From: Nemertoderma westbladi
Lineage: Eukaryota > Animalia > Xenacoelomorpha
Reading direction: 5' to 3'
Assembly (NCBI GenBank): GCA_032718475.1
Contig: JAUCBJ010005626.1
Location: 1-64,000, forward strand
Length of the DNA stretch: 64,000 bases
Position numbers and translations under genes: made by a program. The notes under the pieces are model-generated. The model did no database searches. It was not told where the DNA came from and saw only the letters and a program-made list of their open reading frames with translations. This document shows, in pieces, positions 26,847 to 41,700 of this stretch (positions are counted from its first letter, which is position 1; each line of letters starts with the position of its first letter).

Positions 26847-27917
26847 TTTTTATACTAGCTAGTTTTTGTTACTAGCTAATTTGTTAATTTTTTGTATGTT
26901 ATCTTTGTATGTTATCCTTGTATCACATGTTTAATAAAAATCACTAGCTACAATGAACATATTTGTAGTTGTTAGTAATTGTTTTTATTCCAAAATTATA
27001 ACATTACTCAACGCCGTTAGTATTAACAGCGAGTTGTTATTTAGCCATTTACAACTTTAGAGGACATTACAGCATTGTATTGGCCTGTACATTTAGTATT
27101 GTATTTTGTGTTATTGTTTACATGATGACCCATGGTGGTGTTAAGTAATGTCCACTACAGGGACATTACTTAATGCCGTCATTGGTTACCACGTAAACAA
27201 TAGGTGGAAATTTGCCTGACAGCCAGATAGGTCTACTGCATTACCTACTGCTATTAATAATCAGTAGGGCCTAGCTATATTATTATAACATGGCTCCAAA
27301 CGCCACCATAAATATAAGCTAACTTATTTATAACATATAATTTATGTCATTTTTACATTTATTTATACAGCAACTAATATAATTTGTGCAGTTTCTATCA
27401 CTTATAATGTATATGTACAATCATTTCGTAATGTTTCAATTTTGTAATAAAACTACATACATACTTGTTGCAAAGTACTTTGCAGTGTTCTGATCCTCGT
27501 GGCTTTATTTTCACTCACTCACCAACGTTCGTTCGTGTAACAAAGCCACTCGGATCATCAAACTCAAAACGTAAAGTGCTACTTTACACATAAGTATGCA
27601 ACTAATTTTTTTCAAAAGTTCTAGAACAAAAAATGTTTGTTCTAGGACATTAATTTTTACAAAAATGAATAGATGATATGTTCTAGATCATTTTTTAAAA
27701 AAAGTAAGAAAACTAGCTTTGATAACAACAAAAAAACGAATTAATGAATTAATGAATTGTGTTCAAGAACAACAATTATTTGTTCTAGAACAAAATTAAT
27801 AAAAAAATTAATAGACAGTATGTTCTAGAACATAAAAAAAAGTATCAAAAACTAGCTATCTTAAAAAATTGGGGGGGGGGGGGGGGGGGGGGATTATGCA
27901 CAAAACACAGTAGTACC
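26788..27917. mobile_element. Merlin-like MITE with poly-C/poly-G in its TIRs and further insertions inside
   Basis: TIR GGTACCACTGAGTTTTGTGCATA versus GGTACTACTGTGTTTTGTGCATA, followed by C33 / G22. Degenerate 8-bp TSD (ccaaactt / caaaaatt). Confidence 0.72.
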
Positions 27918-29674
27918 CAAAAATTTAAGATGTAACAAGTCAAAAATTTGTTCTAGTGTAAAGGTTTTGGATGTTGCCTTTATTATGATGAAAATATTAT
28001 AGTTTTAGTTCTGCTTTTTAATGTCTATCTTTCAACTTATTATTACGGTCTCCAAATATAACTTTACCGGTAATTAAATCTATTCTCTTTCTCCCTCTCC
28101 CCCTAATGAAAGTTACATGCAGTATTTAAGCAGGCTAGTGCTAGTGGTTTCTTGCAGCAGACTAATGTCACTCTGATAAATATCTGTTTAATTGGCATCT
28201 ACTTTATAAGGGCTATTATTGAGACTACATCTGTTTTGCACATGAAATCGACATGCTGTATCTTAAGTAAATAAATAAGGTCTTTTACTTTGTAGAAAGA
28301 TAGGTAAAATGTCTCAATGACTAACTAACAATTTTATGAAAAGACTAAATTTCATTTTGTGATTAAATTATTTCTAAGCTTCCTTGACTACATATTCAGC
28401 ATGCACATCAGAACATAAATCAATAGCCAAAAACAGTTTAAATTAATAAAAATAATTTTGGAAAATTTTTTTTAAGCTTATTTAAACGTATAGGCCCCTA
28501 GTAATATCCCTAGAATATTTACTGAGTCAAGTGGTACTGCAGCTACCTAGCTAGTAATTTTTACTAGCTGGTGTTTTTTTAAATATTTTTTTGTTAATTT
28601 AATTTATAAGTTCTCTATGGATATATATATAATAGCATGAATTTGAATTAAGAAAGTGAGTTAGTATCAATTAAATCCTATGGAAAAAACAAACTTCTAA
28701 AAACACTAGCTACCATAAAAAAAACTAGCTACCATACAAAAAAAATACTCTCATCTTATTGTCAGAAGGTCAAATTTTTGTTCTAGAACAAAGGTCTTCA
28801 CGATAATAGTCATTTTCACATGAAAAAAATTGGAAAAAACACACTTCTAAAAACACTAGCTAAAGCTACTATAAAAAACACTAGCTATCATACAAAAAAA
28901 AAATACTCACATCTTGTTGTCAGAAGGTGTTCTAGAACAAAAAACGTCATGATAATAGTCATTTTCACATGAAAAAATTTGGAGAAAAAAGTGGGCACCA
29001 AGGCCACACTAATGCCCCGAGTGCAAAATATAATATCATGTTGATAGAAGGATATCAGAACTTTGATAAAAATTAAATGATTAATTTGCTTGGATATGAA
29101 ATAGTTTTTTACTTTCCGGTAACCTTGAGATGTATATTTTATCGAGATCATTATATTATATTCGTAAGGGGATCATAAGGGAGTAGAGAAAATACGTAAT
29201 TTTACTCACAACAATTAACTGTTTGCAGCTTAATAATCCGATTATTTTCCTGAAAATTAAATAAACGGCATCGGATCCATTTGTAGATGACTTTCAAAGA
29301 CCTACATGTACCAAACAATTGGCCATGGTAACTTTGATATGTATGTTAACAAGACACTTGCAAAAATTAATAAAAGTAGAACTGAAACTATTTCTTTTTG
29401 GGAACTGGAACTTAGATAAATTGGTTTATTAAAATTGAAACTGAAATTATTATTTTAATGGGAGCTGGAACTGAAACTTGAAACTGAAATGAAGGTGTTT
29501 ATTCGAATTGAAACCGAAACTAGTCAAATTGTGTTTCAGTTCATAGCCCTATCCTAGACATGTATATATATTAATATTATACTATTGTTATATTATTTAG
29601 TTAACCAATTGTTGCTTTAGTCTGCTGTCAATACTACAGAGTGATGTAACCAACCTTGGACTAAAATATATACT

Positions 29675-29708
29675 ATGGAATGTGAAATAAATATCAACCC
29701 ACCTAAAG
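29675..29708 (+). CDS. ATRX: ATRX-like putative first coding exon (MECEINIPPK-type short peptide, MECEININPPK)
   Basis: ATG at 29675 has an in-frame TGA upstream. The donor AAAG|GTATGT is phase 1 and matches the phase-1 acceptor at 30542. A candidate acceptor ttgctttag lies at 29620. Confidence 0.6.
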
Positions 29709-32700
29709 GTATGTAAAAATGTATGTATGTAATGTGTTTGTTTATAGACTTTTGTTTTACTTGGGGTATGAATTAACTCTTAGATATAGTAACATAGCAG
29801 TAAGAAAGGGTGATAAGCTAGATATAGTAACATAGCAGTAAGAAAGGGTGATAAAGCTATCTTCATAGCAAATTTAGTAACATTCATTCAATTTTGAAAA
29901 TAATAGGAGAGGAGGGGGGGGGGGGGGGGGGGTTGTGGGAACTAGGGTAAGTTGTTAAAGAAGTTGTTACATTAAGGGTTATAATGCCTCTCAAAACTAT
30001 TGCCAAAATCTTGGAACATTGTTAAGTAGGGATAAATTGGATCTCACTTTTTATATATGATCGGATTGGATATTTGAAAGGAGTACCATAGTACAATAAC
30101 ATAGTGATTATGTAAAAAATTGGATGGACATGGTTCTATGTTAAGGACACAGATGTTGAATATAAGGCTTCAGAGAGATGCTTGAGCCTTAGCTTAGTTT
30201 TCACCATTAAAGTCTAACTGTCTCTCACTATTGTGTACTGTCTTTTTGAAAATTTTAACATAAATAACTCAGACAATCCTTGATGCAATATAGTAAAACT
30301 TGGTATACATAGAGTTTGTCAAAAATGTATCCCATTTTATTGTAACACTCGATCTGAAACCTGCAGTTATGTACTTGTAATTCTATAAGCAGACAAAATG
30401 CTGCATTGTTGAGATGATGCTGACCCATCTGCAATTCTCTAGTCTGTAGCTAGAGGATGATAATATAATATCTTGTAATTGTCATGACTCGTTTACGGTA
30501 CATAAGGTTAATTAATTATTATAATTTTTTGTCATTATTAGTGCCAAGATCTCCATACTTTCCAGGCCTTGAGGCCATTCGAATACCAATGGGGTGGACT
30601 TTTGACCCATATCTCAACATATGGAGTCATAGCAAACTAATACCTTGCATAGAAGTAAGTAAAAGCTTAAATGATAATGCCATTGACGATATACCTGATC
30701 TATCAGAGTGGGATCACCATATACAAGTGCCTACTGATGATGCAATACCTTCCACAATTTCAAGTCTAGAAGTTATTGATGATATAAGTTATGGAGAACC
30801 ACTGCTGGGCTTACCTTCTTCTGGGGTACCTCTCACAGGATTGGACAAACCCAAAGAACCAGTTAAAGCATTACAGCTATCTGACAATTTGATAACAATA
30901 AAGCCCAACCAACAAGTAGGGGTAGAATCAACAATACAAAATAGTTCAAATAAGTCCACATCTAGATTTGGGGGCTTACAACTCGTATCTGCTAAGTCAT
31001 CCAATGGCTTAGAGACATCAACAACAATTAAAAAATGTCAGGATCAAGTGAAAGCATCAAAGGCCTTTGGTGCAACATCATCGGACAACTCCGGGGATCA
31101 AATAAAATCATCCCGTGTATTACCAGTAATTTATGAAGATAGTGGTACTGATGCAGATTGTCTAGCAAAAATCAACAAACCATCAAACCAACCATCACAG
31201 GAAAAAGAAAAGGCATCTTTGACACTACTTAGATTTATCAAGGAACATGATCGACAAAGACTAATGGGAATCAGTAATGGACATTTAGCATCCTCATATA
31301 ACATCCTTCCAGTTTTGAATACTCACCAGGTTTCTGTATTTACTTCACCTAATCATGCACGTGATGATAACAATTCCATTGCTGAAGAAAACAATTCAAA
31401 CAGGATTCCTGTAACAATAAGTACATCCGACTTAGGACAAATATTCCCATTACCTCTACAACCGTCATTGAAACTATTAGTACTGCCATTACACATCCCA
31501 TCATCACAAATGTTTAATACAAATTCTTCATCATCTATGCATCTCTCAAATATTGATCAGGTAGTACCATTACAAATATCTGGGCAGAACAGTACATTGC
31601 AGGTTACAACTGAAACCCAGATTCCAGTACCTATTTCCATAAGTGCAAATATTTCAAAAGAAGATTCTTCAAAATGTGTCAGTGTGCTAAATAGTAAACA
31701 TGATAATTTGTCTAATGACATATTTCAATTTAATATCCCAATGATTAATAATGGACTGCCATTAGTTTTAAGCGAATCATCTAGAACTGAAACCGAAAAA
31801 CCTATAGGTGATATAAGTATAGATTCTGCATACTATCCTAAACCACAATATTCTCAACTTGAAACTCCATCACTTATTCAATCTCAGACATCGATACCCG
31901 AAACATCCCCAAGTATTGGTCCACTGTCTTCATCAGATGTGAGTATAGCCACAATTCCAGCTTGTGATGAATCTACTTTATCAGATGATGAAAATCCAAT
32001 TGAGGAAAGGAAAACAAATAACCAAAAAATGAGGCCACGCCCAAAAGTTGTGATTAATAAACTATTTATTGGTTCATATTCCTACAAACCATATAACATT
32101 AGTGAAGAAATAGAAAGATTAAATGTAGAACCCAGCATCAAGAAAATATTAGTAGATCGAGAACCTATCATATCTTTGGAACTTTGTGAAGGGGAAAACC
32201 GGCTAACTGCTATTCGAAGAATGAAACGCCGCAATTATATATCATCAAGTTCAGATGAAGATGACATACCATTAAAGGTAAGGTATATAATATGTATATG
32301 TTTATATATACATTTTATAACTTGTTATTAAAATTAGAGGTCATGTACAGTACATGACATAATATTGTAAATGATAAGTGTAAAAATGTAAAAAGACATT
32401 GGGTATGTGTAGATATGTGTAGATGATGTGTTTCAGTACATTAAATAGCGCAATTCTCACCTGGTACTACTATGTGGCCATACTCCACACCATAGCAAAA
32501 TAGTTATCACAATTCTGAGCCCATTTTGAAGATAATTTTGTGTTTTCTATATAACCAATTGATGGGACCATATCATCTCCTATAACGAAGCTGTTGCCGA
32601 GAATGTAACACCAACTCCGAAAAAACATAAAAATGTAGATCGTGAACTCAATTTTCGAGGTGCTATAAATTTGGTAACATTGATGTGTTTATTTTGAGTC

Positions 32701-35700
32701 ACCACTATTTTAAATACTTCCAAGGTACTCATCGACTATTTGTTCCAGGCCGAGCCTAAAATCAGTCAACTTTGGATAAGCTTTTAGACTGTGGAAAATG
32801 TAGACTTTGGATAAATTCACAGAAACATCGCCCAAGATCTACAAAATGTATATCCAAAGTCTAAAATTCAGTTCTATTTCGGAATACATTTTATTCAAAG
32901 TCTACAACAACGTATTCCTTTCATATGACTTTTCAAGCTCTACAAAACGATTGAATTCTTTTGGGGGTAATTTTCAATTTTGTTATTGTGCACATGCACT
33001 ACTGGCTAACTGCAGTGTTGACAGCAGTGCATTGAGAGGATTGTGAAATACCTAAAGTCATCTGTGAACTATGAACAACTAAATTAATTTTAATATAACT
33101 TTTTCTTTCTAATATTTTGCAGTGTGATATAATGTGATAAAAAGATGCCAAATGCACATTTCGTGAAATTAAAAATTAAATTCAAACTTGCAATCCCGAT
33201 CCCGATCACAATCCCAGAAATCCGGGAAATTGTGATCCTGTTTAAACACTAATATATTTAGTGTTTAAATGGGATCCCGATCCTGAAAAACCGGGATCCC
33301 AGCAAAAAATGCAATCCCAGGCCCGATCCTGACATTTTTATGTACTGGGATCCCGAAGAGTTAAGTAAATTTGTTAAATATCTTATAAATAGTTCCAGCA
33401 GAACGGAAATGTTTTGATTATATATATTGAATTTTTATTTCAGTAAAAAATCCAGTATTCAATTCAAAATAATTTTAATAAACTTAATCTTACTAATAAT
33501 TCAGAAGTGTTGATACCCAAAACTCCACATTCACAAATAACTTGAAGGAATTTAAACCAAAATTGCAATCCTGATCCTGATCCCGATCTCAAAAATCAGG
33601 ATCCCGAGAGTGATAATCCTGATCCCGATCCCAGAAATCCCGCAGTCTGATCCCGTTTAAACACTAATATATATACAGACAAAGCAAACACAGTTAATGT
33701 AAAAGTTGAAAAAATGTAGTAAGGATCAAGTGGGGAAACCAATTTTTACCAACTTAAAAAATTTTACTATCACTTAAAAAGTGAAATTTGCAATGATGTT
33801 TCTCGAGTTTGGTGGCATTTGTTTCGAGGAACACAGCAATACAAAGCCAGAACTGATCTTGCTGCAGGACTTGTTGCTGGCCTAATAATGTTTTTGGATT
33901 TATTTCACAGAAAACTATACTATAAACTTAGACAATGAAATACACATGGCGCACTTTTTCTTTTAAGAATGTTTCCTGAAAGGTTTGTTTGTATTTTTTC
34001 AATCTATAATGATAACTGGAACAAAACTGAACACTGTGGATGGATTAATAACATTGTTTCTTAAATTGATACTTTTTCGTCCGAAAATACCCAAAAATCT
34101 GATGAAAAAGGAGTACTTTTTTCTTTAGGGAAAAAAGGAGTACTTTTTTCTTTAGGGAAAAAAGTATCGGATTACATTTATAGGATTGCATTGATTTTAC
34201 TTTTTCCCAGCGAAATTATTACATTTTATTATATCATATAATAAAATGTAAGTAATGTAAGTGTAAGTAACAAAATGTAATGTTGAAAGACCTTCGAAGT
34301 AGAATAGGTTTGTACATAATTTGAGAAAAATTCATCCACATACTCAAAAGTGTCACTCTGGTGTCTGTGGGGTGTATTCCAAAACAGAACTCATTAATAT
34401 CAAATATTCTGGTTTGTTTGATAGGAATCGCTGTAATTACTAAAATACTGCAGTTTGTTCAATTTATTTTGTATTATTATTATTATATTAACGTCAAGGC
34501 GGCTCAATAGGGATCAATAACCATAAAATAAGCACTTAATTCACATCACAGCTTGACTGAATAAAAAGTTCTTTACAATATAATGCATGCACAATAAATG
34601 TTAAAATTATAAAAATCTATAATTCATAGTCGAAAGTGATTATAAAATTATGAACTTTCAGAATCAGCATTGAAGTTCCTAACCTCATTACAATTATAAA
34701 AATATTCAGATAGGCTAGAGGTGTTTGTCAGAGAAGGCTGCTCGTCTCTGCGTGATGATCACACAGTGAAAAATATAATGTTCTTCACCTTCTATTGTAT
34801 TGATACCAATGAGTTTGCAGTGAGGAAAGACACGCTGATCTCGTGGTATTTGCTTCCACCGACCAGCTAAGTTGTATGATCCTACATGGAAGCGAGTGAT
34901 CACTTTATCAGTTAGTGATCCTGTTTGATACTCGGATGGTGTTCTGGCTGGGTTAATTTTCAAGTACGTTTCGAATTTTGAGCGACCACATTGAGCTTGT
35001 TCATATATATAATCTTTAACCTATCGAGTCATAGCCGCATGTGTTACATCAGACGCACCATAGTACTGCGAAATGTGAATATAATGTTTCATGAAATTTG
35101 TATCGTTACAGGTCTCAATAACTCGATGGTAAATTGATCCAGAGTCCTTTGCCATAAGTCGCTTCCATAAACCAAGTTGTCTAGAAATCACCATTGCTTC
35201 AAGGGGTTTACAACCAGTTTCTGTAAGAATTATACAGTTTGGAATTGTTCTTCTCATTTGCATTGCCTTTAGCAGTTTATAATATGTTTCCCGACACTGG
35301 ATTCTTTGACCATTTTAATGTTCCATGTCCATCACTCTTAGTGGAACAGATTGAGGTGTTGAATGGTCCCCATGTTTCACAGTTGTGTAAAAAACTAATA
35401 AACTTGTTGAAACATAAGCGTCCAGTACATGAGATTTAATGATCAAAGGGGTGAATTTCGTTCTCCCGCAGAAAATTGTAGAATTTATTTACACTGGGTT
35501 TTAGCTTACGGCCTTACGCAGATCTTTATTAAGATCTTTATTGAAGGTGCCATTGCTTATATGATGACTACCGAGGTAAACAACAGATTGTTTTGGTTTT
35601 ATGAGGCCAACATCTAACTTAATGCCGTCCCCATCTTGGGAATTTTTTGAATTGACGATTATAAGTCCGCACTTGGAATATTCTAGAACAATACTATTCG

Positions 35701-38700
35701 TCGTATAGTACCTTTCAACCCATTGTAATTTTTCCTGCATAATATCTCGAGATGTCTCTAATATCACACAGTCATCAGCATGGATGATTGTGTGAAGTTC
35801 ATGTAGAAAGCCATCTTGTCTGAACTTAGTCTTATTAGTTTTATGAAGTCATTTATGTAGCCAATGTAGAGAATTGCACTAAGTGGGGAACCATGTCTAA
35901 TACCACATAGAGTCATAAAATCGGGGGAAAAAGTTGAATCGAAATATACCACATTTATAGTTACCAAGTAGATAGCGAGTAACATCGTTAGATATGTTGC
36001 ACCACAGCCTATAGACTATAGACAGCCTATAGCTTAGTAAACAACATTTTATGCGATACCTTATCAAACACGCCTTGAAAATCTAGGAAACAAATATATA
36101 GGCTTTTCTTTGTTTTCTTAGCATATGAAATTAAACATTTCAATATAAAAACTTGTTCAAAACAACTTCTTCCTTTTTGATATGCAGATTGTAATTCTTC
36201 AAATGAGAAGAAGTTAATTAATCTATTAAATAGAACTATGTCAATAATTTTTGCCAATGTCGCAACAAGTGAGATGGGTCTGTAGTTCTTTGTCTCATTC
36301 ATTTCCCCCCTTTTGTAAATTTCTGCAATAAAAGAAAAAGCGAGAAGCAAATATTTAAGATTACTAATATAAATGGCAAAATCTGAGGGCTGGTGTTTTT
36401 AAGCATTCCCGATGTTATACCATCACTGGATGACCTACCATCTTTGAGTTTAATTGTTGCCTGTTTCCATTCATCCAAAGTAATCGAGATATCTAATTCT
36501 GGGACGAACATTTCATAAGCATCCAATTCATTTCCATCTAATAACTCAGTACCTGGAGGTCGGTCGGCACTTGGCTTCGAGCGCATCTGCAAAATTATCA
36601 ACATGGGGAACTTCGCGGGCTTTAGGTATTGTCTCATTTTTTGCTTTCCAATCGATTTTATTCAACAGTGCTTTGGAATCTTTTTTGTTTAATATATTAC
36701 TCCATTCATCTTATTGCCTCTTGCAGTTTTGAGACATAACTGATGTGTTTGATTGTGCGGTAAAGTGAGTTACAAGAACTGAACACTGATGCTGAACTCG
36801 TGTCTCATTAACACAATTCTTTGAACTGTTATATAAAATTTGAGACAGTCTAAGGATTTGTGTGTTTACTTCATCCATCAAAATGGCACTACTTGCCCAG
36901 TTTGCAATGAGCTTATCCAAATTAACAGACATTTCATCAATTTGAGGTGCAGTTATAATTTTATACATTTGCCAGTTTATTTTCCAACTGTCCATAGTTT
37001 TTGGTATGCAAATTTCTCTTTTTTCATTACGGTGTATCAGCATATCAGAAATGCATGATATAAGAATTTTATTTAAAGATAAGAGTATCCGGAATAATAT
37101 TTAGTTGAAGCATTTTGTGGTCAGAAGGATTTATACTGAGATTCAGAACTTCCATTTTGTTAAGATATTTTAAGCAGTGTTCGTTAATAAGAATTATATC
37201 ATTCTCAGATTTCCGCCCACCACGCTGAAACCAGGGCTCCCACTACTGCGTTATTGTAACGCATCGCACTATTTCCAAAATATATAAAATTAATTAATTA
37301 ATAATAAAAATTATATATTCGACTATTATTGAGCAAAAAGCAGGAAAATTGTGTTATTTCTTGATTTTCCATTAAAAAACGTAATGAAATTTATAAACTT
37401 TGTAAGTTGTAACTGCAATTATATTGGTGGCGATATATCAAAATTGTATAAATAAAGTTGGACCTGTTCCTTATGAAGGGAACTTTTAGTTTGAGATTTA
37501 CTTTGATTTTCAATCTTTGATTTGGACCCACCCCTCCCCAATTCCAAGACGAGGATTGATATTATAATTTTACATTTAAAAACTTTAAAATTTCAATAGA
37601 ACTACATTATTTCAGTTACTGTACCTTGAACAATTTTTAATTCTATTCATTGCCACATCCATTGCCTATGAGCAATTTTGACTGAAATAGACCTGGGGCT
37701 ATTTTATACACAATACAGCCCAGTGGCAATTGTAATCTAGTGCATTCATCAAAAAGACTCATTACTTGCACAAAAAGTTCATCATCATTAAAATTGGAAT
37801 TGTCTTCGTTTGGAGGTATATAAAGTCCAGCTATAACCCATCAACTGAGAATGAGAATCTACAAATGATCATATCCTTTATATTTTCAATATTTTTAACA
37901 TATTAATAAATATCATTATTTATCAAGACCGAAACGCCTCCTCTTGGATGTTCAGCATCTGGTTGAGAATAAGGGTTATGGTGTGAATAGAAATTAGCAA
38001 TATCAAAATGTTGTCCAATAGCCATTTTTGTCTCAGATAAAAAAACAATTTTATTTTTACATAACCAACTATGATATAAATATATGTGGTGTGTGGCGCT
38101 GTTTATATTATAAAAACATAATTTTAATATAATATTATTAGTTTTATTACTCCGCAATTGAGCCATTTACTGAGATTTACTTGGAGAATTATGGTTGTTG
38201 GTAGGACTTTACCAGTCTATGAATGATGTCTAACATTCTCATATTCCACTCCAACTATTTTCAGAATCTCACGACGAGAATATAAGTTTCATGTCTCTCC
38301 TCTCTTTATATATACATTAAGGAGATATCGAGTTTGTTTCGTAATTAAATCCGATATCCGAATTAATTAAATCCGAATAATCTGCTTTGAGATATTATAT
38401 TATTACTTCACTCACGCTTTCCAACTATAATGTAGACAGAGAATTACTGTAGTAACTAACTGTGGAATATAACTTTGACATAAGTTTTGTAGACTTTTAC
38501 TCGATTTTATATCCATAGTCTACATCAAGTATTGCATTTTTTTTTTTTTTTTCTAATTTAGTTTATTGTTCTAGAATAAAAATTATTTATTAAACAAAAA
38601 AACAAAAAACAAAAAATATTAATTCTACAACATTTATAAAGAGTTAGGATTTATAACAACAATGATTATATCAGTTCAGTATTATTAGTTTATAAATATA

Positions 38701-41700
38701 TTTGATTATAATAATTAATTGACTTAGCTTTAATATCAAGCAAATGTTGAAATTTGAAAACATTTGAATTTCTGGAATATACATATTTAATCACAAATTT
38801 CATGATAACTGCAAAAATATGAAACCAAATTTGTTTGTAAAACTGAAAGATTGCAAAAAACTATGAAACGCAAAATATAGTTATATACTATATTTAAAAT
38901 ATTTTCAGGAAATAAATTTCACAATGAAAATGTAAAACTTGTTCTCTCAAAATGAGTATCTGTTTTATGTATGTTTTTAATATATTTTTATTTTTCTCCC
39001 AGATATATATGCCTTAAATTTTGTGATAAATTTAATTGATTTAGATTTCAAAACGGGCACCAACTGCTTTCATTTCTAAAAGTCAAAAAAGAAAAGATAT
39101 ACGAAGAATAATTGATGAGAATCTGAAAACAGAAACCAACAATGCTGGTAAAGAAGAGGTTGTACATCTAATGCATTTAGAAACAACTAGGAAAGCCAGA
39201 TTAGGTAAGTTTATAGTGAATATATCATAATTCCATTAAATCAATAAGCATGTTACTGCTAGAAATTTAATTTAATATTCAATTCAATTATTTTTGACTT
39301 TGAAAACTTCATGCATGCAGTGATGTTTAGGAATTTGATTTAATGTATCGTTATAATATTGTTTAGTACTATATAATAATATTTTAACTATTTCTTGTAC
39401 AGGAATAAAATATGCTTTATTTACTGTTTGTCCTGAGATCTGTTTTTGAGATTGAGAGGCGAAAATATTAATAACGTGTTATATTTATCATACAATATGT
39501 AATTTTATTATTAAAATCATTCTTATTATTATTATTATAATTATTTAAATATATTATTGTTTAATAAGTAATTATATAGTTGATACCAATGGAAAGGTGT
39601 CATTGTAAGGATTCCAAATTTATAAATAACTATTAATGTCATTGAGAAATAGCTGAGATATGGGCATTCAAATAGTGCTGGTATTTTTGCATCTGTTACA
39701 GCCTGCAGGGCAGGGCATTTATAATTTTTAATAAATAAACAATGTTCTGGAACATATGATTTATTTGAAGACTATTAATTTATTACTTAATCTCATTTTA
39801 CTAGTCGTAGCTTCTCATTAAATAAATAAAATGCCACAGAATAGTATTTATTACAGTACAAAGTTGACTGATTGAAGAGCAATAATTCCCATTTATGTAG
39901 ATAAATAATACAAATCTCATTTACCACCACCCCATTGCCATTGACTGAGCTGTAAATAATGTAAATTTTAACAATAAAATATATTTCAGCTGTATAATAA
40001 TTTATTATTTAATAATTATATTATTTATTATATTTTTTAAATTTTGTTAGGAATATACCATTCGCTGGGAATTCAAAGAGCTTTATATTCAGAAAGGACT
40101 AAAGATAAAGAAAATTTATGCCCTTATGAAGGTGAGTTATATCTATAGCATTAGCATTGTTACTGTTATACTTTTGTTATAAAACAAAGTCATTACCTAT
40201 AATTAAATTGCAAATAGTTAAGTTAGTACTTTTGCTAAGATATAATATTAATATAATGACTTCGAAAATAGATATATAGTGAGGGACCATTCCACGATCT
40301 AGTATGTGAGATTCACACCCACTTCTTTCTGGTAAACTTACTGATATCTTAAGTATTTATGAGCAAAACAATCTCAAATACTGCTGTTTTATGACACTAT
40401 TTATTTGACTATAAAAAAACATAATAAAACTATACATTGGTATATTAAACCATAAAATTTGGGGCATTTACTTTTGAGCTAGTTATTCTAGTAAATAAAT
40501 CGCAAAACATCTGTAAAAATTAGGGTAAAGTTCTATAACATATTTCTCTGAATTGTGATTGTTTTGAATATATACAGGTATTTTTTTAGAAACCTATCTC
40601 ATACATAAACATAACCCAATAATTAAAATCCTCGACGGGTTAACTGAATCACTGATATAGTGGGTATGAAAAAAAGTGGGCAATCTAGTTACCAATATAT
40701 ATGTAACATGCCTCGGGTATTGCCTGCTAGTATATATATATATATATATATATGAATTTTATCTACAGTTTTCATATATAGGCCCTCAATATATCAGACA
40801 ATATTTTTGATTTAATATGTAATATTTTAGCCACCAATTGTTGTAACAAACAGGGAATTTTATTCACAAATATTGTAGTCTAATACATTTTACAGAATAT
40901 ATAAGTATTTTGGATTAATTATACAGTAATAAGAAGTTTGTTTCTCATTTCAAACCATTAGTTTTTAGAAATTCTAAACTATTCAGATTTTACTATTTAA
41001 AATACAATAGTAACAATATTATTGAAAAAGTATTGGAATTGGGATCTACTATGTGACATTTCCAGATTTTTATGTTTACACTTTACATGCAGTTTTTTCC
41101 CCACAAAATCAAATCTATATAGTGTTCAATCTAATAATATCGTATCTACGGTGATAATATAATAGGCCTACTATATTTTCATTTATCATCACTAATATCA
41201 TCACCATCAAAGTAGGCCTAATAACGATCAATGGACAATAATTGATATTAATCATAGTTAGCATGTTTCTCACTACAATGTCTGGATTTTATTAGAATTA
41301 ATATTAGTGACTAGTAAGTAAGCCACCCCAGTATGAATCTACCTCCGGAACCTTATATATCCCTCTTCTCTTAATGATTGGAGCTTCAATTTTCGACACA
41401 ACATCAGCCCACAAAAGGAAGTGAAGGTCTGGTCATTTTGTAAACTCCCAAGAAAGACGAAGTTGTAACCTCACCTGGGAATACTTGACCTTCACATTGA
41501 ATATCTATGAAATCTCCAGATTCGAAAAGATGTTCTGAAAAGGTAGTTTCGGCCACTTCTGGAACAGGACGATGGATGATTAACTGTTAGATTAAATTCA
41601 CTGTTGCTAATCGGTTCTCCTGCAGAAGTTTTTTTTAATAACATTTCATCATTCTGTGCATTATATCTCATTTCGTGGATACCAGAAATGTGATATGTCA

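Noticed and set aside
39003-39044. Alternative acceptor tctcccag at 39002 for the ATRX-like exon
   Set aside because: It introduces an in-frame TAA (ata tat atg cct taa). The acceptor at 39044 keeps the frame open.
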